This document shows positions 13,191 through 25,100 of a stretch of 64,000 nucleotides of DNA, piece after piece. Both the position numbers and the translations under genes were made by a program. The DNA is from Macrostomum hystrix (Eukaryota; Animalia; Platyhelminthes). Every line of letters begins with the position of its first letter. Positions within the stretch are counted from its first letter, which is position 1. Location: contig CATNEN010000025.1 of assembly GCA_950097015.1 (NCBI GenBank), positions 5,704,001-5,768,000 of the forward strand, read 5' to 3'. The notes under the pieces are model-generated. The model was not told the origin of the DNA, searched no databases, and saw nothing but the letters and a program-made list of their open reading frames with translations.

Positions 13191-14699
13191 CTTCCTAGTC
13201 TCTAGTTGGCAAATATTGAGAAGAGCTCATTTTCACAGCCAATTATTTTCAGATTTCCACCCTTTGCTTTTCATAGCTCTTTTTTTTCTATCAGTCAGTT
13301 TATTGTTGTCCAATTATTAACAAGTTATTCCTGCTGCGATTCGGTTTGACAACTCGATGCTTATCTGTCATAAGTAAAAGCACTTCAACTTGCCTGTACG
13401 ATCGTATTATGTGTAACAAATATTTTAGCATAAACTGTTTTATCTTACAATTTACAGTGAATACACCGAAATCATCTGTGTTCAAACACACGTTTATTAT
13501 ATACAAATCAAGTGTTGCAATGCGCTGAAAGACATTATCAGTCTTAGTATTATTCTTGTAATATAGAAAGTCGATACAAAAAACCGTTCGAGCGTAATTT
13601 AAGCTTTTATCAGTGAATTTGTTCAAGTCAAAACGCTAACGCCAACGACAAAGTGGTTATTCTCTGATTTTGGATATCAATTAACTGTATGCACTGACTT
13701 TGAATTAAATATAGGCCTTAATATTCCCACATTCTACCTGCCCTGTAGCAAACATATTATCGGAAATGAAAGAAGACAATAAAACAGGAAAGAACAGACT
13801 GCCTATGGTGATTAAGATCTGTGCCGCAATATTATCTAAGCATTGTGGCGCCCCACTCACATGTGAATGTAAAGTGAGGATATCATACATATTGTGGTAG
13901 GTAAATAGTTTTTTCCAAACTGTGATTTATTGTCGCTTGACGCAAGTCACCAGACTGTAACAAAGTCGGGAGGCTATGACTGTCACTAGCTTGTCCCCAT
14001 ACACTAGAGCCTCTTAAAAAAGTGGCTATGGAATTAATTTAGCATCGTGACTTTCTCAAACACGAGGCCCGCACAGCGATGGCCACGCCCCTACCCTGAG
14101 GGGTTGGTTTTTGCGGCTATAGATTTTTATAACATTTTTCTCCCAAAATCGAACACCGAAATTGAGAAACGTTGTAAATTTTCTTCAGAAAATAGCTTTG
14201 AAACAGTTGGGACGACAGACTGGGGGCGGTCAGACACAGCAGAGAATTCGCATAGTTACTAAACCAGCATTGTGATATACCCGAGCTCCATTGGTTGGCG
14301 GTGCATGGCGGACCGCGGTGGGTCTAGCTCCTGTTCTCCAGATCGCTAAACAATAGAGAAATAATTTAGATAAACGATAAACTACGAGTAATAAGTGAAG
14401 ACAGCAGCTAGACATGTGAGTATAAAACTTTGATCATGACTCCATGGCATGTGAATTTGAATGGAAACACTTAATTTGGCTTTCATGTAACATCCGTTCC
14501 TTAAATTGCAATAAAATGTTATTCTCAGCTTAAATTGCGCCAATAATTTCATCAGTTTTATTATGCCACTTCATCATAAAGTCACTGCGTGTATCATCAA
14601 TATAATGAACCGAATAATAATGAGCATAACAATGAAAAAAACTGAATGTTGTTATAGTGCTACTATCTAAAAATAGCTGATCCATTGACAATAATTCAG

Positions 14700-15110
14700 C
14701 TGATTCTCTGAAAGACTGGACGTTTGCGACTGAAGCCTTGAAGGACTGGGGGATAGCGGCTGAATTCCCTGAAGGACTGGAGGAGAGCGGCTGACTCCTT
14801 GAAGGACTGGAGGATAGCGGCCGATTCCCTGAAGTAAGGGAAAATAGCAGCTGATTCCCTGAATGTCTGGGGGATAGCGGCCGATTCCCTGAAGGACTGG
14901 AGGATAGCGGCTGGCTCCTTAAAGGACTGGACGTTTGCAGCTGAAACCCTGAAGGACTAAAGGGATAGCGGCTGACTCCCTGAAGGACTGGGGGATAGCG
15001 GCTGACTCCCTGAAGGACTGGGGGATAGCGGCTGACTCCCTGAAGGACTGGGGGATAGTGGCTGACTCCCTGAAGGACTGGGGGATAGCGGCTGAAACCC
15101 TGCAAATGCC
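14700..15110. repeat. 30-bp satellite (GCTGACTCCCTGAAGGACTGGGGGATAGCG)
   Basis: Units start at 15001, 15031 and 15061. Confidence 0.9.
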
Positions 15111-15292
15111 GACTCCCAGCTGATGCTAGCACCCATTTAACAGCTGAGTGAACTGAAGCAATAGAGAGTTGAGTCTCTTGCTAAAAGACACAAATTGTTC
15201 CAGTGGGAGTCGGGAATTGAACCCCCGACCTTTAAGTCGTGAGTCCGACGCTCTAACCAGTAAGGCTAAAACCCACCTAGATAAACCCCCTA
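15110..15292 (-). mobile_element. SINE family A, tRNA-like head plus central domain
   Basis: The - strand reads AGCCTTACTGGTTAGAGCGTCGGACTC...GGGTTCAATTCCC (A and B boxes), then GTGTCTTTTAGCAAGAGACT, which resembles CORE/Meta-type SINE domains. Confidence 0.75.
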
Positions 15293-16639
15293 GATCAATA
15301 CGTGAAAGCGCCCCTCCAAACCTGTTCTGGAGTTACTACGCTCGTAAAAGAACATCAGCCGGAGCAGTGCTCATCTCCGCTCATCTTAAAACTAAATTAG
15401 CGGTCTTTGTCTATACTCTTTGTCCGGGTCGCCAGCTTTCTTCTCTATCTTCCCACACTTGTGGACATATTGCTTCTCAGATTAAATCAAAAGACAAACC
15501 GCGCTGGCTTCTGTTCTCACGATTCTATGGGAAAGCTTGTGCCCACATCGACCCGCGCCCGCACGATCCCGGTATTCAGAGTAGAAGAAATTTAGTTTTC
15601 AAAGCTCCCAAAGTTAAGGGCGGTAACAACTGCGGCAGTACTTTTGCCTATTCGCGCAGCCCTTTTAATTCTTGCCCCTCTTATCTCACGAATCTCACCG
15701 ACTAATAAATCATATTTTGTTTAGTTCAGTCCGGTTGTCGGGTCAGACATTTGTTTGAAATCCGCCCCCTCCCCCACAGGCACAATGAGATGGGAACAAA
15801 GAAATGCTTATTGAGTTAAGGGTTGAAAAAATATGGCCACCAGTACTGGACGTGGACAGTACTGAAGCAGAGTTAAATGCATTTTTTAGTCTTAATCAGT
15901 CTCAAAGTGCAAAGTTCAATGAGATCATATCAAAGAATCGGTTTGCTTTCACATGAGGTTTCCTGTTCTCCATATAGATTTTTCTTTTACAAATTCTGTT
16001 ACCTTGTTTGCGGCAGTCGGCGCTTTTAGAAGCTAAAAAATATGAGTTTTAGTTGCATTGTCTTATCTGTAACTCTTTGTTGGCAAATAAGAAGTCTATA
16101 AGAAGCCAGCGTAGATCGAGATAACGAATAGATAAGATTTGAATCTTTAAATATTATAAGGCCGTGACCTCCCCCGAGTGGGATTTTAAACAGACTCTGT
16201 GGGTCGTTAATATTGACTGTTGCACAAAAGCTTACTAAACTGCGGAATCTAAATAGTTTTATCAACTCGGTCCTATCTAAGAATCCCATGAATTAAAAAC
16301 CAACCATAAAAATTCTTCCCTGACTGGCGTGGCTTGACAATGCCGCCTTAAAAATCCCCATAATTTTTTGTTCCTATCTTTTTATCCCACTACAAAAGTC
16401 CAATTCAACAGAAATTACAAGATAAAAAAGTATTTTAAAAACCTGCCACGAAAAATTCCCCATTCCACGGATCCCCGTTCCTAAATCGCGCACTTAAACT
16501 ACCACCCGAAAAATCCCACCCGAAAAAAATCCCAACGAATGATCCCATTCGTAAAAGCGAAATTTCTAGGGTCGGCGAATTTTGTCATGAAAGCATTTTA
16601 GCAACACAAGCTGCTAACAAGATGCTAGTACTTCTGGGA

Positions 16640-17700
16640 ATTAGCCCCGCTATCCCCCAGCTCTTCAGGAAGTCAGCCGCTATCCCTTTAGTCCTTCAGG
16701 GACTGAGCCGCTATCCCCCACTCCTTCAGGGAGTCAGCCGCTATCCTCCAGTTCTTCAGGCAGTCAGCCGCTAGCCCTTTAGTCTTTCAGGGAATCGGCA
16801 GCTATTTGCAAGTCCCTCAGGGAATCAGCTGCTATCTGCAAGTCCTTCAGGGAATCAGCTGCTATCTGCAAGTCCTTCAGAGAATCAGCCGCTATCCCCC
16901 TGTTCTTCAGGGAGTCAGGGCCTGACACCCAGTCGTTCAGGAATCAGACGCTACCCTCCAGTCCTTCAGGGAGTCAGCCGCTTTCCTCCAGTCCTTCAGG
17001 GAGTCAGCCGCTTTCCTCCAGTCCTTCAGGGAGTCCGCCGCTTTTCTCCAGTCCTTCAGGGAATCAGCTGCTACCTCTCAGTCCTTGAGGGAATCAGCTG
17101 CTATCAGCAAGTCCTTCAGAGAATCAGCCGCTATCCCCCTGTTCTTCAGGGAGTCAGGGCCTGACACCCAGTCGTTCAGGAATCAGACGCTACCCTCCAG
17201 TCCTTCAGGGAGTCAGCCGCTTTCCTCCAGTCCTTCAGGGAGTCAGCCGCTTTACTCCAGTCCTTCAGGGAGTCCGCCGCTTTTCTCCAGTCCTTCAGGG
17301 AATCAGCTTCTATCTCTCAGTCCTTCCGGGAATCAGCTGTTATCTCTCAGTCCTTCAGGGAATCAGCTGCTATCCTCCAGTCCTTCAGGGAATCCAGCTG
17401 CTATCCTCCAGTCCTTCAGGGAATCCAGCTGCTATCCTCCAGTCTTTCAGGGAATCAGCTGTTATCTCTCAGTCCTTCAGGGAATCAGCTGCTATCCTCC
17501 AGTCCTTCAGGGAATCCAGCTGCTATCCTCCAGTCCTTCAGGGAATCCAGCTGCTATCCTCCAGTCTTTCAGGGAATCAGCTTTTATCTCTCAGTCTTTC
17601 AGGGAATCAGCTTTTATCCCTCAGTCCTTCAGGGAATCAGCCGCTATCTCCCAGTCCTTCAGGGAATCAGCCGCTATCTCTCAGTCCTTCAGGTAATCAG
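16640..17700. repeat. 30-31-bp satellite, reverse complement of the 14700-15110 array
   Basis: CCGCTATCCCCCAGTCCTTCAGGGAGTCAG units. Confidence 0.9.
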
Positions 17701-18970
17701 CTGTTGTTATCTCTAGGAATCTGTTGTTATCTCGAGGAATCTGTTGTTATCTCAAGGAATCTGGTGTCATCTCAAGGAATCTGTTGTCATCTCAAGGAAT
17801 CTGTTGTTTTCTCAAGGTATCTGTTGCCATCTCAAGGAATCTGGTGTCATCTCAAGAAATCTGGTGTTATCTCAAGGAATCTGTTGTCATCTCAAGGAAT
17901 CTGTTGTTATCTCAAGGTATCTGTTGCCATCTCAAGGAATCTGTTGTTATCTCAAGGTATCTGTTGCCATCTCAAGGAATCTGTTGTTATCTCAAGGAAT
18001 CTGTTGTTATCTCAAGGAATCTGTTGTCATCTCAAGGAATCTGTTGTTTTCTCAAGGTATCTGTTGCCATCTCAAGGAATCTGTTGTTATCTCAAGGAAT
18101 CTGTTGTCATCTCAAGGAATTTGTTGTTATCTCAAGGAATCTGGTGTCATCTCAAGGAATCTGTTGTTATCTCAAGGAATCTGTTGTCATCTCAAGGAAT
18201 CTGTTGTTTTCGCAAGGTATCTGTTGCCATCTCAAGGAATCTGTTGTCATCTCAAGGAATCTGTTGTCATCTCAAGGAATCTGTTGTTTTCTCAAGGTAT
18301 CTGTTGCCATCTCAAGGAATCTGGTGTCATCTCAAGGAATCTGCTGTCATCTCAAGGAATCTGTTGTTTTCTCAAGGTATCTGTTGCCATCTCAAGGAAT
18401 CTGGTGTCATCTCAAGGAATCTGTTGTCATCTCAAGGAATCTGTTGTTTTCTCAAGGTATCTGTTGCCATCTCAAGGAATCTGGTGTCATCTCAAGGAAT
18501 CTGTTGTCATCTCAAGGAATCTGTTGTTTTCTCAAGGAATCTGTTGTCATCTCAAGGAATCTGTTGTCATCTCAAGGAATCTGTTGTCATCTCAAGGAAT
18601 CTGTTGTTTTCTCAAGGTATCTGTTGCCATCTCAAGGAATCTGTTGTTATCTCAAGGAATCTGTTGTCATCTCAAGGAATCTGTTGTTATCTCAAGGAAT
18701 CTGTTGTCATCTCAAGGAATCTGGTGTCATCTCAAGGAATCTGTTGTCATCTCAAGGAATCTGTTGTCATCTCAAGGAATCTGTTGTTTTCTCAAGGTAT
18801 CTGTTGCCATCTCAAGGAATCTGTTGTTATCTCAAGGAATCTGGTGTCATCTCAAGGAATCTGTTGTTATCTCAAGGAATCTGTTGTCATCTCAAGGAAT
18901 CTGTTGTTTTCTCAAGGAATCTGTTGCCATCTCAAGGAATCTGTTGTTTTCTCAAGGTATCTGTTGTAAT
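17701..18970. repeat. 20-bp satellite (ATCTCAAGGAATCTGTTGTC)
   Basis: Direct tandem monomers. Confidence 0.96.
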
Positions 18971-19345
18971 CTTAACAATAACAAATAAAGCCAACAGGCT
19001 TCATGTCGGAAGCTTTTTCATGCTTTTATAAGCGCTTGTTTATTTGCCTTTCCTGAGACAGGACGACATTAAATTAAGTAATGCAGGAAAAATGTGCACA
19101 TTTTTTAAGTGATTGCAAAAGTAATTTCATTGTGAGCAACAATCTTGATAATAAGAATTATGCTGGCAATGATGTAGTAAATAGAAGAAGGATATTAATT
19201 TAAAATCGTTCTGATTCGTCACACTCTAAACAATCAAAAGAGAGCGGACTACTTTTTTATACGCTAACAAACTACTGCACAGTAGTGCCTGGTGTGTAGC
19301 TGTCTGTTTGGAGAACAGACAACAGAAAAATAAAAAAATTATTTT

Positions 19346-20143
19346 TCAATTTTTAAACGGAGCTTGATAGGTTAGCACAAGAAGCTTGCGATTCGCACAG
19401 ATAGTTTTATATCCCGGATAATGTTGACTGATTCGACGCAGTCTGGCTGTATTGTTGTCCAAAACAACAATGCTACCTCCTGGTCGCAGAAGGTTGGTCA
19501 AGCACTCCGCTAGTCCACCCTGAAGCGTCTCCTTGGCATTGGCGTAGCTCAGGGTGATCAAGTCGTATTGAACGGCTGCTTGAAAGCCAGCTCCAATGTC
19601 GGCCATTGCTTTCAAAATCATAGCCTTACGGAGCACAAAGTTGCGCATTTCGGCGGTGCAAAAATCTGTTATAACCTTCGGGCAGTTGAACTCCGGGTCT
19701 CGGATTAGTCGCCTACTCGTCAGCTGCTCAACTTTCTGCTTGAAGCTCTTCCGATCCCAAGGCATCAGATCGACTCCTGTACACTGTATGCTGCACTTTG
19801 CCGACAGTCCCTGGTCTAACAGGCACTCAATGCCAGCCAGTAGGTCGCTTCCAGGACCGCAGCCCAGCGATAGCAGGCGCACTTCGGTCTCCATGGGCCT
19901 CAGTTTGAGTAGACGCTCGGACGGCTTTCTGAGCCACTTGAGCGCCACCCTGGCCCGCTTGGGCATCTCGTGCTTGGCGTACTGCAGCCGGAAGCTCTCG
20001 CTCTGGTAGTGCGACAGGTTGTCCTTGTCCGGCGTTTGGCGCCAGAGCTTTAAAGTTTCGGATTCGGACATTGTGTTGAGTGAATGCTCGTGTATAGTCT
20101 CTTGTTTTGAAGTTGTAGTATGCATCCGCAGTATCCGAGCCAT
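19346..20143 (-). CDS. Intronless class I SAM-dependent methyltransferase-like protein, 265 aa
   Basis: Motif I RLLSLGCGPGSD, acidic post-I motif GVDL, and later YDLITLSY and LLRPGGSIVVLD motifs. Kozak accATGG lies 5 nt after a CTAACAG acceptor-like site. Confidence 0.8.
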   Translation of the reverse strand: MARILRMHTTTSKQETIHEHSLNTMSESETLKLWRQTPDKDNLSHYQSESFRLQYAKHEMPKRARVALKWLRKPSERLLKLRPMETEVRLLSLGCGPGSDLLAGIECLLDQGLSAKCSIQCTGVDLMPWDRKSFKQKVEQLTSRRLIRDPEFNCPKVITDFCTAEMRNFVLRKAMILKAMADIGAGFQAAVQYDLITLSYANAKETLQGGLAECLTNLLRPGGSIVVLDNNTARLRRISQHYPGYKTICANRKLLVLTYQAPFKN

Positions 20144-20459
20144 GGTCTCTGTTAGTTATATACACATGCAGTTACAGTCACAGCCTCTCCAGAAGTACTT
20201 ATCTGTGCAGTTTCAGTCCCGTTTACTCCCAATGTACATGTAAATGCATTCCAATGTCGTCCAAAGAACATTGAATCTATTTTTAGACACCATGCAGCTC
20301 ACCATGAAGCAGCGTTGACTTTGTAGTGAATAGTGCAGTTACATTTTTTCTTGGAAAATGCAAGTGAATTTTTGCGCTAAAATTTCTGTCCTTATTTTCT
20401 TGTCAATATTAGAACTTTTAATTAAATTATAATTGATTATACCTAACCGCATTGCATGG

Positions 20460-20652
20460 TCAGATGTGCAGCCAACAGCACAGCTAGCCGCTTCACAATG
20501 CTTCTTGAGCTGCTTATGGTGCCAATTTAACAGCTTTTGATATTAAGCAATGCACAGTTAAGTGTCTTGCTAAAGGACACAAATCGTTTCAGTAGAGTCG
20601 AACCCCTGACATACGAGTCCGACACTCTATAACGACTATGGGCTACAACACC
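20460..20652 (-). mobile_element. Degenerate SINE family A copy
   Basis: Contains GTGTCTTGCTAAAGGACACAAAT, GAGTCCGAC and GGCTACAAC. Confidence 0.6.
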
Positions 20653-22149
20653 TAGTCAGGATAAAAAATCAATAATACTGCAGGTCCAGAGTTAGTTGTT
20701 ATGCCTGTATGCATACCGTGTTTATGCATATATGGTGACTATATAAGAAACACAAACAAAACGTTAAGTTAAGCATTCCCCCACTGGATACGCCACTGCT
20801 GACGAACAGCGTTACATATATGTTATTTTGCATTCTGTGTGTTTTCTTGTTGGCTCTGCAATAAGAATACTAAGGCTTTGTTTGCATTGTGCTGTTAGTT
20901 ATCCGTGCCTGTGCCCGCTCTAATAGGACTCAACAACAGCTTTTTCCGCCGTTTTCTCAAAGCTGCGCCCTGTAGACGAATTCCGATCTTGCATGTTTAT
21001 ATTTTATTTAAAATTATTATTCGCCCTTTTTTATTTTGTTTTTTAAAAACAATTTTACTAAAAGCACGATGCAAAAAAATTTACTAATATAGTTTATTCC
21101 TTTTGTTGTCCTTCGAATGCCCGATAGCGCTACAGTGCTACACCATATAAAGATCACGCAGCGTATAACCAAACGCGTCGATTTCCCTATTGTCCTGATG
21201 TAATATAAAAATCTGATGGAAGAAGTGCATTTTGTACCTGTACATTTACATTTGGCCTGTTGTAAGTAATGTACATGCCGTATTGCACAATAGTTTAGCC
21301 GTCACAAAAATTGAGTCTTTGGTAATTTTTTAGAAAATAACATTTTTGTGCCCTGACTTTTAGATGATATTATAATATTTCGGCTTCACAATTCATCTCA
21401 AAACATCATATTTCCAAATATTTTTCTTTCTTGCAAATATTATCTTCCTGTATATAGTAGGCTGAGTTGCGAGAATTGAAAGTATTGAAATGTGGATTAT
21501 TTATGTCTAAATGATACTATATGTACGGTAACGACATACTAGCACATGTTACATAATTCGTATTCTGAAAAGAAACAGCAGCGCTACTATAGTCTAAGTA
21601 GTACGCAGGTATGCAATCATAAAATATGAGATCTTATTATGAAGCCATCGTTGAATTGAAAGAATCAAGTAGGGTGTTTGATGATTGATGATGTAATATT
21701 CATATATATTGATACTTAATATTCATCAGTTTGATACTGAATATTGCGGATGAGCCTCAATTATCGTGCACACAAATTATATCTAATTCGAAATAATTTG
21801 TCTGGTACTTTTCTAGTTAAAAGACAACAAGAAACTATCAAAAGTAGTTTTAAATAAAAGAAAAAAATTATTTCTTTAACAAAAATACGTTAGCTGGTTT
21901 TATTTTTAGAAAATATTGTTTTACCTTGAGCATTGTATAAATTGAGCAATAGCAAATTCAAATTAACGCGAACGACGTCCTTGCCTCTTCAACATTCTTA
22001 CATGAAACTATCACTATTTTTATTCGTTGGTTTGAGGCAGCTCAACTGAATCAACTTTATACCGTGTACATCGTCTTGCTTTATATAATATCTCGTAGAT
22101 TTTTTATGATGCACATTTTTTAAGTTCTAAAACAACAAAAACATTAATT

Positions 22150-25100
22150 ATGTCTCAGATAACTGCCAGTCAACAGCTTCCTCCTAAGGAGCAATCAATT
22201 TTCAAACGCATAGTCGTGAGTAATTTTTTTACTTTTAGTTTAATATACTTATGTTAAACATTTTCTTTACAGTATTGTTTACAGCATTCGTTATTATACC
22301 TTTATGACATTTTTTATTGTGCTTTGCGGCTATATACTATAGTGTTATCTTTGTTGTAGGCCTCTTTCTTATTTCTTATTAAACTCAAAATTCCAATAAT
22401 ACCAATCCTACTGCTGTTACCAAAGTTTTTGTAGTGCTTATACACTTTATTCAAGTACTGTCTTTATGTCAATCTTATGAATGTCTTTACTTTATTTGCT
22501 TTATGTACTTTCTTAATTCAAATTGGTAGCATTTTATGTATCTAATCTGGTAGCATTATAATATGGCCGACTTCTATTTTATTTCTTTATTTATAACTTT
22601 ACCGTATTATTCCTATAAATATCTTATATCAATCTTTATCCATCTATATCAGTCTTTATCAATATTTATCCGTCTTTAATTCAATCTTTAGTCCATCTTT
22701 AATTCAATCTTCAGTCTGTCTTTAATTCAATCTTTAGTCCGTCTTTAATTCAATCTTCAACCAGTGGATCTAGATTTACAGCGTTTCTTAACTCTATTTA
22801 CTTCTCTTTCCAATGTCTCTTTCTCAAATAACTTCAACACAAATACTTCACGTTTAAGCTTTTTCAATATAAACTCTTTTCCCAACCGAGGTTGTCCGAG
22901 TTAGTTTTTCTCTTTATTTTGCTCGTGTATTTATACTGTTTTTCATTCCTTTCTTCACTTCATTAAAACTTTTATATTTTGGTGCATTCAGTGCATAAAA
23001 TCATTTGGTGCATTTTAACAAAATTAGCCAAACAAACAGTGTATTAAAACAAACATACTAAATTCGCAAGAACATTTCTAAGAAACTAAAATGATTGGAG
23101 GCCCTATTTCATCTTTTGCATATAAAATATTTACTTTAAACTCTTGAAATATTTAGTGACTTAGGCACACAAAATAAGATCATAGACTTTGCTTATATTC
23201 ACTTTAAAGCCTATAGGTACCATTAAATTGATACCTATAATTACTTAATGCTACAGTTAAATGAAACTAAATATATTTCTAATTATTCCATAATTATAAT
23301 GTCTAGAATACGTAACAACTAGCAGACTTTATACAACTATTTTGAATTTGTGAAAACTGAAAAGTTGATATTTTTGTGAAGTTGACGTGTATTTATTGTA
23401 GTACTTTGTCTTGCTTATTATTGTATCTGAATTCGGCATTAGTATGCCTATATGCCATATGGTTAAACAGGATAACTTTGTTTGCCATAAAACAACTAGT
23501 GTAATGCCATATAGTCAGAAAAGTGGCAGTGTGTTCTGGAACAAATTTTTGCCTCAAAAAATTGTGCACTGATACAAAGACTCAATTGTGCCATTGTGCG
23601 CCTATCATTACCTGCCTTGCAACATAAAATACTTTTTTGTGCTACATAATATTATCCCTAAGCCCTCCCCTATAATATTTTTAATATTATTATAGTACAG
23701 GCATTCAAAAAATATAGCCATATACAAGAAAAGAGATGAGAGTCACAAATTAAGAGACTGTTAAAGCAATTATATAAATTGAAAATAAATAAAATAAAAT
23801 ATTTTTCAATCTTTTTTAATTTGCATTTTGCAAAAAGAGTATCACACTAAATAGAACATTGAATAGTATACTGTAGCAAATAATGACTTGCATCATTACA
23901 TGTGTAACACTGCATGCGCTAGTGTCCTCTGGTGTGTACCAGAAAGTTGTTAATTTATGATGGAAAGTTTAGCAAACTCTGCCACCTTCCTGAATGTGTA
24001 ATGAGGACAATATGGGTTAATAAAAAACAAACTGTAGCAGGTAACATTCCATGATATAGCAAAATAAATTCTAGGAGTAGTGGTGCAGGTGAAAAAGTTT
24101 TTGTACTACAAAAAACTTGAAAAAATTATTTTTAATTCTGCTTAAATTCAATGCCATAATCTATGTGAATATTTCAGCAATAGACAATGCTATAGCTAAA
24201 TACAAGTAGCTATATATAGCTATATACTTGTAATATATGCTTCCAATTAAAGTTTAATGTTATTAGAAGTTGAATAATATCTCAATCTTGATTATCAAGA
24301 TCTCGGCACTTTTTACAATCACAATCTCAGTTTTGAAATCTCTAAGAAGGTCAAGGTTAAATTTTTATATTATTATTTTTTAGTATACAATTGTACTTTG
24401 TCACTTAAAAAACATTTTTTGTTCATTTGCAAGTGACAGACTTCTTGAAAAAAACTGTAAAAGCACTAGAGTTTTAGTCTCAGCAATAGACAGAATATAG
24501 ATAGAATAGAGCAAAAACTAAGTCGCACAGCCGGCTAAGATTTGGGAGGTTGCGCATGTATGTCTCAGTTGCGACTTAGTTCATTTGATTGCTCTATTTA
24601 CAACTTAGTTTGCTCTCGTTTGCTCTATTTTTCTCTCCCCCTTTTCCTCTTCTTCATGCCTTCCTTTTTGTCCCTTGGTCCCCCCTTTGATGTTTTTGCA
24701 CTTGGTTGATTGGTTTTTGCAACTTACCTTGCTTAGCCCTCGTTTAACCTGGCTGGGTTGGCCAGGTGTTGCGCATGTATGGTTTTAATCATGTTAGATA
24801 AATATTTAAAATTGGCTTTATTAGATCAAGTGGTGTTTTTATTGATAGTATCCAGGGCACCTTTGCTTGCTGTCAACATTGTAATTATGGACACTAAAAT
24901 ATACACTAAAATCAATTCAAACAAATATTTTGTGCTAGAAAAATTTAGAGAATTAAGTGTTTACTTTTTGTACTTTGATTTTTTGTACTTTTCTTATTGG
25001 ATTATTCTTAGTGCCTTTACCTAATCTTTCAAGTTGAAGTAAAACTAATTGATTTTTTAGAATCAGTGTAGTGTTTATACAGTTAGTTTGAAATGTTTTA

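Noticed and set aside
12191-13198. Pro/Phe-rich and Gly/Lys/Arg-rich ORFs on both strands
   Set aside because: They are translations of the purine/pyrimidine minisatellite.
17085-19031. 200-435 aa ORFs
   Set aside because: They are translations of the 30-bp and 20-bp satellites.
24495-24635. Inverted repeats ACTAAGTCGCA/TGCGACTTAGT in NAA15 intron 1 as a pre-miRNA or MITE
   Set aside because: The arms are short and discontinuous, and no TSD or second copy was seen.
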